Shown one piece after another: positions 61,292 to 64,000 of a stretch of 64,000 bases of DNA (its first letter is position 1; each line of letters begins with the position of its first letter). The position numbers and the translations under genes are program-made. Source of the stretch: Syntrophorhabdaceae bacterium (GTDB lineage: Bacteria; Desulfobacterota; Syntrophorhabdia; Syntrophorhabdales; Syntrophorhabdaceae); the NCBI GenBank assembly GCA_963666485.2, contig CAXXUO010000009.1, forward strand, positions 416,001-480,000, in the 5' to 3' direction. The notes below the pieces were generated by a model. It saw only the letters and a list, made by a program, of their open reading frames with translations, was not told the origin of the DNA and ran no database searches.

Positions 61292-62929
61292 TCAACCTCC
61301 CTTCCGGCCGCTCAAGCTTTGGTCCAACGAGAACGGATTTTGAACAAGCGAACATGCATCGGAAAGATGGACTAAGAAACCGGAAGCCTGCAGCATGGCC
61401 ATAAGCCAGCTGCTCCCCATCGTCCCACCGGTATCGATCCGTGGAAAATCGCACCATGACAAGGCATTGGCCAACTGCTCCCCTTCTATGGCAATTCCAT
61501 AATGGGTATAGAGGCTCCTCTTGAAGTCCTCATACGTCCTGCGCGAGCCGGGAGGTATCATTGTCAGGACAAGGTATCGAAGGATCCTTTCGTTGAAGAC
61601 AAAACGCGCTCCCGGCCCTCTCTTTGGCACTATAAACCCCAATCTTTTTCCGATGGAGAGGAAGAGTTTATGGCCGTAGCTAGTGTCCGCTTCATCATAA
61701 AGTTTATCTAATTTGGTCTTCCGGCTTTTTTGGGCATTTTCATAAATTTCTTTTGTCCGCAGGGCCTGCTGAATAAATGTCAACAGTATGTTCATATTCC
61801 GCTGGGAGAGTTGCTTAATGGCACGCTCCGTTCCCTCCGGATCGGAAATTATCCAGGCAAAATTGAGTGGTACAACATTCTCGTTCTTCTGGATATTTGG
61901 ACTGCAATGCCTCATTGACTGTGCGCAGAGGCTTCTCAATATTTGAAGCCCGCAACCCACCATAAGCAGCTCAATGCGTTCAATCGGGTCAATAATGGCA
62001 CTGCATAATCTATTAAGCTCTACGGCAAAAAGATATCCCTCCCGCCAACTCTCTTCCGGACACCAACCGCACTCGACAAAACGTTCGCTTCGATTTGTGA
62101 CACCCCAAGTGCTACCATCAATTGTGTCAATCAAATCAACAATGGCGTCCAATACGTCTGGAACCTTAGCGGTAATAGCGCGTAACTCCCCATTTAAAGA
62201 TGCCAAAAGTTTTTGCGGGTTTTTTTCATCTTCTGTAAGATCATAAGAAGTCACGAAATTATCTAATTGAGGATCCCGTTTACGAAATGCATTACAGAGT
62301 TGTAAATATAGCAGCTCGCCACCGCGTGCCATAAAAATTCGTTTATCATATGCAAAATATTGAATGGCTTGATCCCATGATTTAACACCATCCCGCGTCG
62401 CTACCGTTTGCTCCCATATAGCTTCAGAGCATAGGAAAGACTTACTTAAAGGATAAAGAGTCTGCGCACACCAAGTACGGTCAACGCCAACACCCTGGAA
62501 ACCTAGATATAAATTCTCGAGACTCTTTAGGACATCTCTTTTGTCAACCCCTTCTGTCCTAATCACATTTTCTAGCTTACGAAGGAGATCCTTGTAGTGT
62601 TGTTTATGACTTTCATGCCTACTGTCAATCCTCGAAGCTCCTAAGAATGCAAACAGTTTTAGGTTGAGACGTATTGGCACTCTATACTCCAAGCTTTTCC
62701 CAATGGGCCAACCCTGAATTTGCTCCCAAGAAGGTAACGAATTATCAAAGATTGAAATGTTATCAAGCCTTTTAGGAGAATTAAATATGAGAAGCAATTC
62801 TGCAAGATGCTCCAATATAGTCTGATCTGTAAAAAAACGTTTTCCGAAAAGTTGAATCCCTGGATTTGCATCACTTCCTTTTACTTCATAATCAAGCTTT
62901 ACTTTGGGAAAAGCTTCCGGTAATGGCAT
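61292..62929 (-). CDS. DndG/SspG-like protein
   Basis: Position between F-like and H-like genes; tail FKRSLYTHYGIAI...LQASGFLVHLSDACSLVQNPF. Confidence 0.62.
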   Translation of the reverse strand: MPLPEAFPKVKLDYEVKGSDANPGIQLFGKRFFTDQTILEHLAELLLIFNSPKRLDNISIFDNSLPSWEQIQGWPIGKSLEYRVPIRLNLKLFAFLGASRIDSRHESHKQHYKDLLRKLENVIRTEGVDKRDVLKSLENLYLGFQGVGVDRTWCAQTLYPLSKSFLCSEAIWEQTVATRDGVKSWDQAIQYFAYDKRIFMARGGELLYLQLCNAFRKRDPQLDNFVTSYDLTEDEKNPQKLLASLNGELRAITAKVPDVLDAIVDLIDTIDGSTWGVTNRSERFVECGWCPEESWREGYLFAVELNRLCSAIIDPIERIELLMVGCGLQILRSLCAQSMRHCSPNIQKNENVVPLNFAWIISDPEGTERAIKQLSQRNMNILLTFIQQALRTKEIYENAQKSRKTKLDKLYDEADTSYGHKLFLSIGKRLGFIVPKRGPGARFVFNERILRYLVLTMIPPGSRRTYEDFKRSLYTHYGIAIEGEQLANALSWCDFPRIDTGGTMGSSWLMAMLQASGFLVHLSDACSLVQNPFSLDQSLSGRKGG

Positions 62930-64000
62930 TAGTTGGTTACCTCCAAAATGCCTTCATTTATATTGAAACTCTGGCTCTTGAACTGATGGTTTAATTGCAA
63001 CCGAACGAGCATCATGTCGCCCCTGTTTTTATCCGTCGTACTCTCCAAGAGCGCTAATTTGAACTTTTCCAATCGATCAATATAGAACGTTTTTAATTGT
63101 TGGGCTATTTCTCCCTGATGCCTGCTATGAACGTAGTCGAGAAACGGTAGATCGAGATCAATACTGCAGTCCTTTCTGGAGAAAAGGGGTCGATATTGTA
63201 TTATTCCGATCCGCAAATCGACCGGTTCTAAGTATAGTTGAAATTCATCAGCGGAAATTTTGGTGAGCACGATCTGGGCAGTCTGTCTGATATCGTAATT
63301 CCTACGATTCAGTGTAATAAACAGCGTTTCCTGGTCTCCCGCTGTTTCCGGGAGCCGCAAACCGGTAAAATGCTCTTGAAGGATATGGATTATGCCCCTT
63401 CGTAATCGCCGCAGTTCTAATTGCGATCGTATTTTACCGGTTTTCTGCCATTCCACATATGTTTCCAGTAAGGGCGAATCGAGAAATGTTGATAAGAAAT
63501 GCTTTCCCAACTCAGCGTCTTGAAAGGCCCCATGAAAGTAAATCAAGCGCCGGACCTGCAACCGTGCCAAGGATGGCTGCAATTTATCATTCTTCGTCCC
63601 CCTGCCCGCATTCCGGAGGTACAGATAGATCTCCTCCAATGTCGTATTGGCAAAGGATACCGGTTGGGAAGATTCTTCGATCCAGAGCATTCGATCTAAA
63701 CCTGGATTGGGCCTCGATCCCGATTCCAACGTACGCGCAAACCTTACGGCATTTATTTGGTTCGAGGTGATATCCTCTTCATCGCCGGAGTCTCCAAAAA
63801 ACCTGTTAAAGAAGAGGTAATGCCGCAACGGGGGCCGTAGCGCAAGGGAAGATATCTCTTGTATGGAATAATAATCCAGGCCGGCCGTGATCGCATACGC
63901 CAGGTGTTCCGTCATCTGTCGGATCGTTAAACGATAACCGTATTCATAGAGCCTTCGGTAAAATAACTCAATTCCCTTGAGCGCGGCTGATTTGCTTGCG
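62929..64000 (-). CDS. DndF/SspF-like protein, C-terminal part (5' end outside window)
   Basis: Frame is open to the window edge (...YGYRLTIRQMTEHLAYAITAG); RRLIYF, LDLPFLDY; TAATG coupling to the next gene. Confidence 0.58.
   Translation of the reverse strand, partial: ASKSAALKGIELFYRRLYEYGYRLTIRQMTEHLAYAITAGLDYYSIQEISSLALRPPLRHYLFFNRFFGDSGDEEDITSNQINAVRFARTLESGSRPNPGLDRMLWIEESSQPVSFANTTLEEIYLYLRNAGRGTKNDKLQPSLARLQVRRLIYFHGAFQDAELGKHFLSTFLDSPLLETYVEWQKTGKIRSQLELRRLRRGIIHILQEHFTGLRLPETAGDQETLFITLNRRNYDIRQTAQIVLTKISADEFQLYLEPVDLRIGIIQYRPLFSRKDCSIDLDLPFLDYVHSRHQGEIAQQLKTFYIDRLEKFKLALLESTTDKNRGDMMLVRLQLNHQFKSQSFNINEGILEVTN

Overview
64 kb of bacterial DNA, probably from an anaerobe. Gene content (T2SS, NrfA, PAS/GAF kinase) would fit a Desulfobacterota/Syntrophorhabdus-like organism, but this is inference only. 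It is largely an accessory DNA-damage/conflict region. I saw no rRNA, tRNA, CRISPR array, integrase or transposase. Left part: gspD/gspG; a WYL regulator locus (phosphatase, WYL remnant, DUF2779-like nuclease, WYL, ARPP-1); a co-directional cluster of four helicase genes (UvrD-nuclease, nuclease-DNA2-like, NERD-helicase, RecQ); a frameshifted nrfA; a hybrid kinase; toxin-antitoxin modules; an ADP-ribosylglycohydrolase; and metabolic/envelope cargo. From about 39.4 kb the DNA looks more AT-rich and defence-like: HD, NucS-like, a second phosphatase, an Hsp70-Fic fusion, Macro and AlbA_2 proteins, and an SspFGH/DndFGH-like plus SspB/SspC-like operon that runs off the right end. Main observations: (1) a motif TG(A/C)CA-N6-TGTCA, mostly followed at exactly 11 nt by a -10 hexamer, upstream of seven transcription units across 27 kb, suggesting a WYL regulon; (2) an apparently circularly permuted Hsp70 ATPase fused to a FICD-like Fic domain; (3) overlapping helicase-nuclease genes from opposite-polarity families; (4) a duplicated ARG-[TA slot]-GGCT unit with different TA cargo; (5) degenerate attC-like cassette junctions. 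All family calls come from motif recognition by eye, not database searches.
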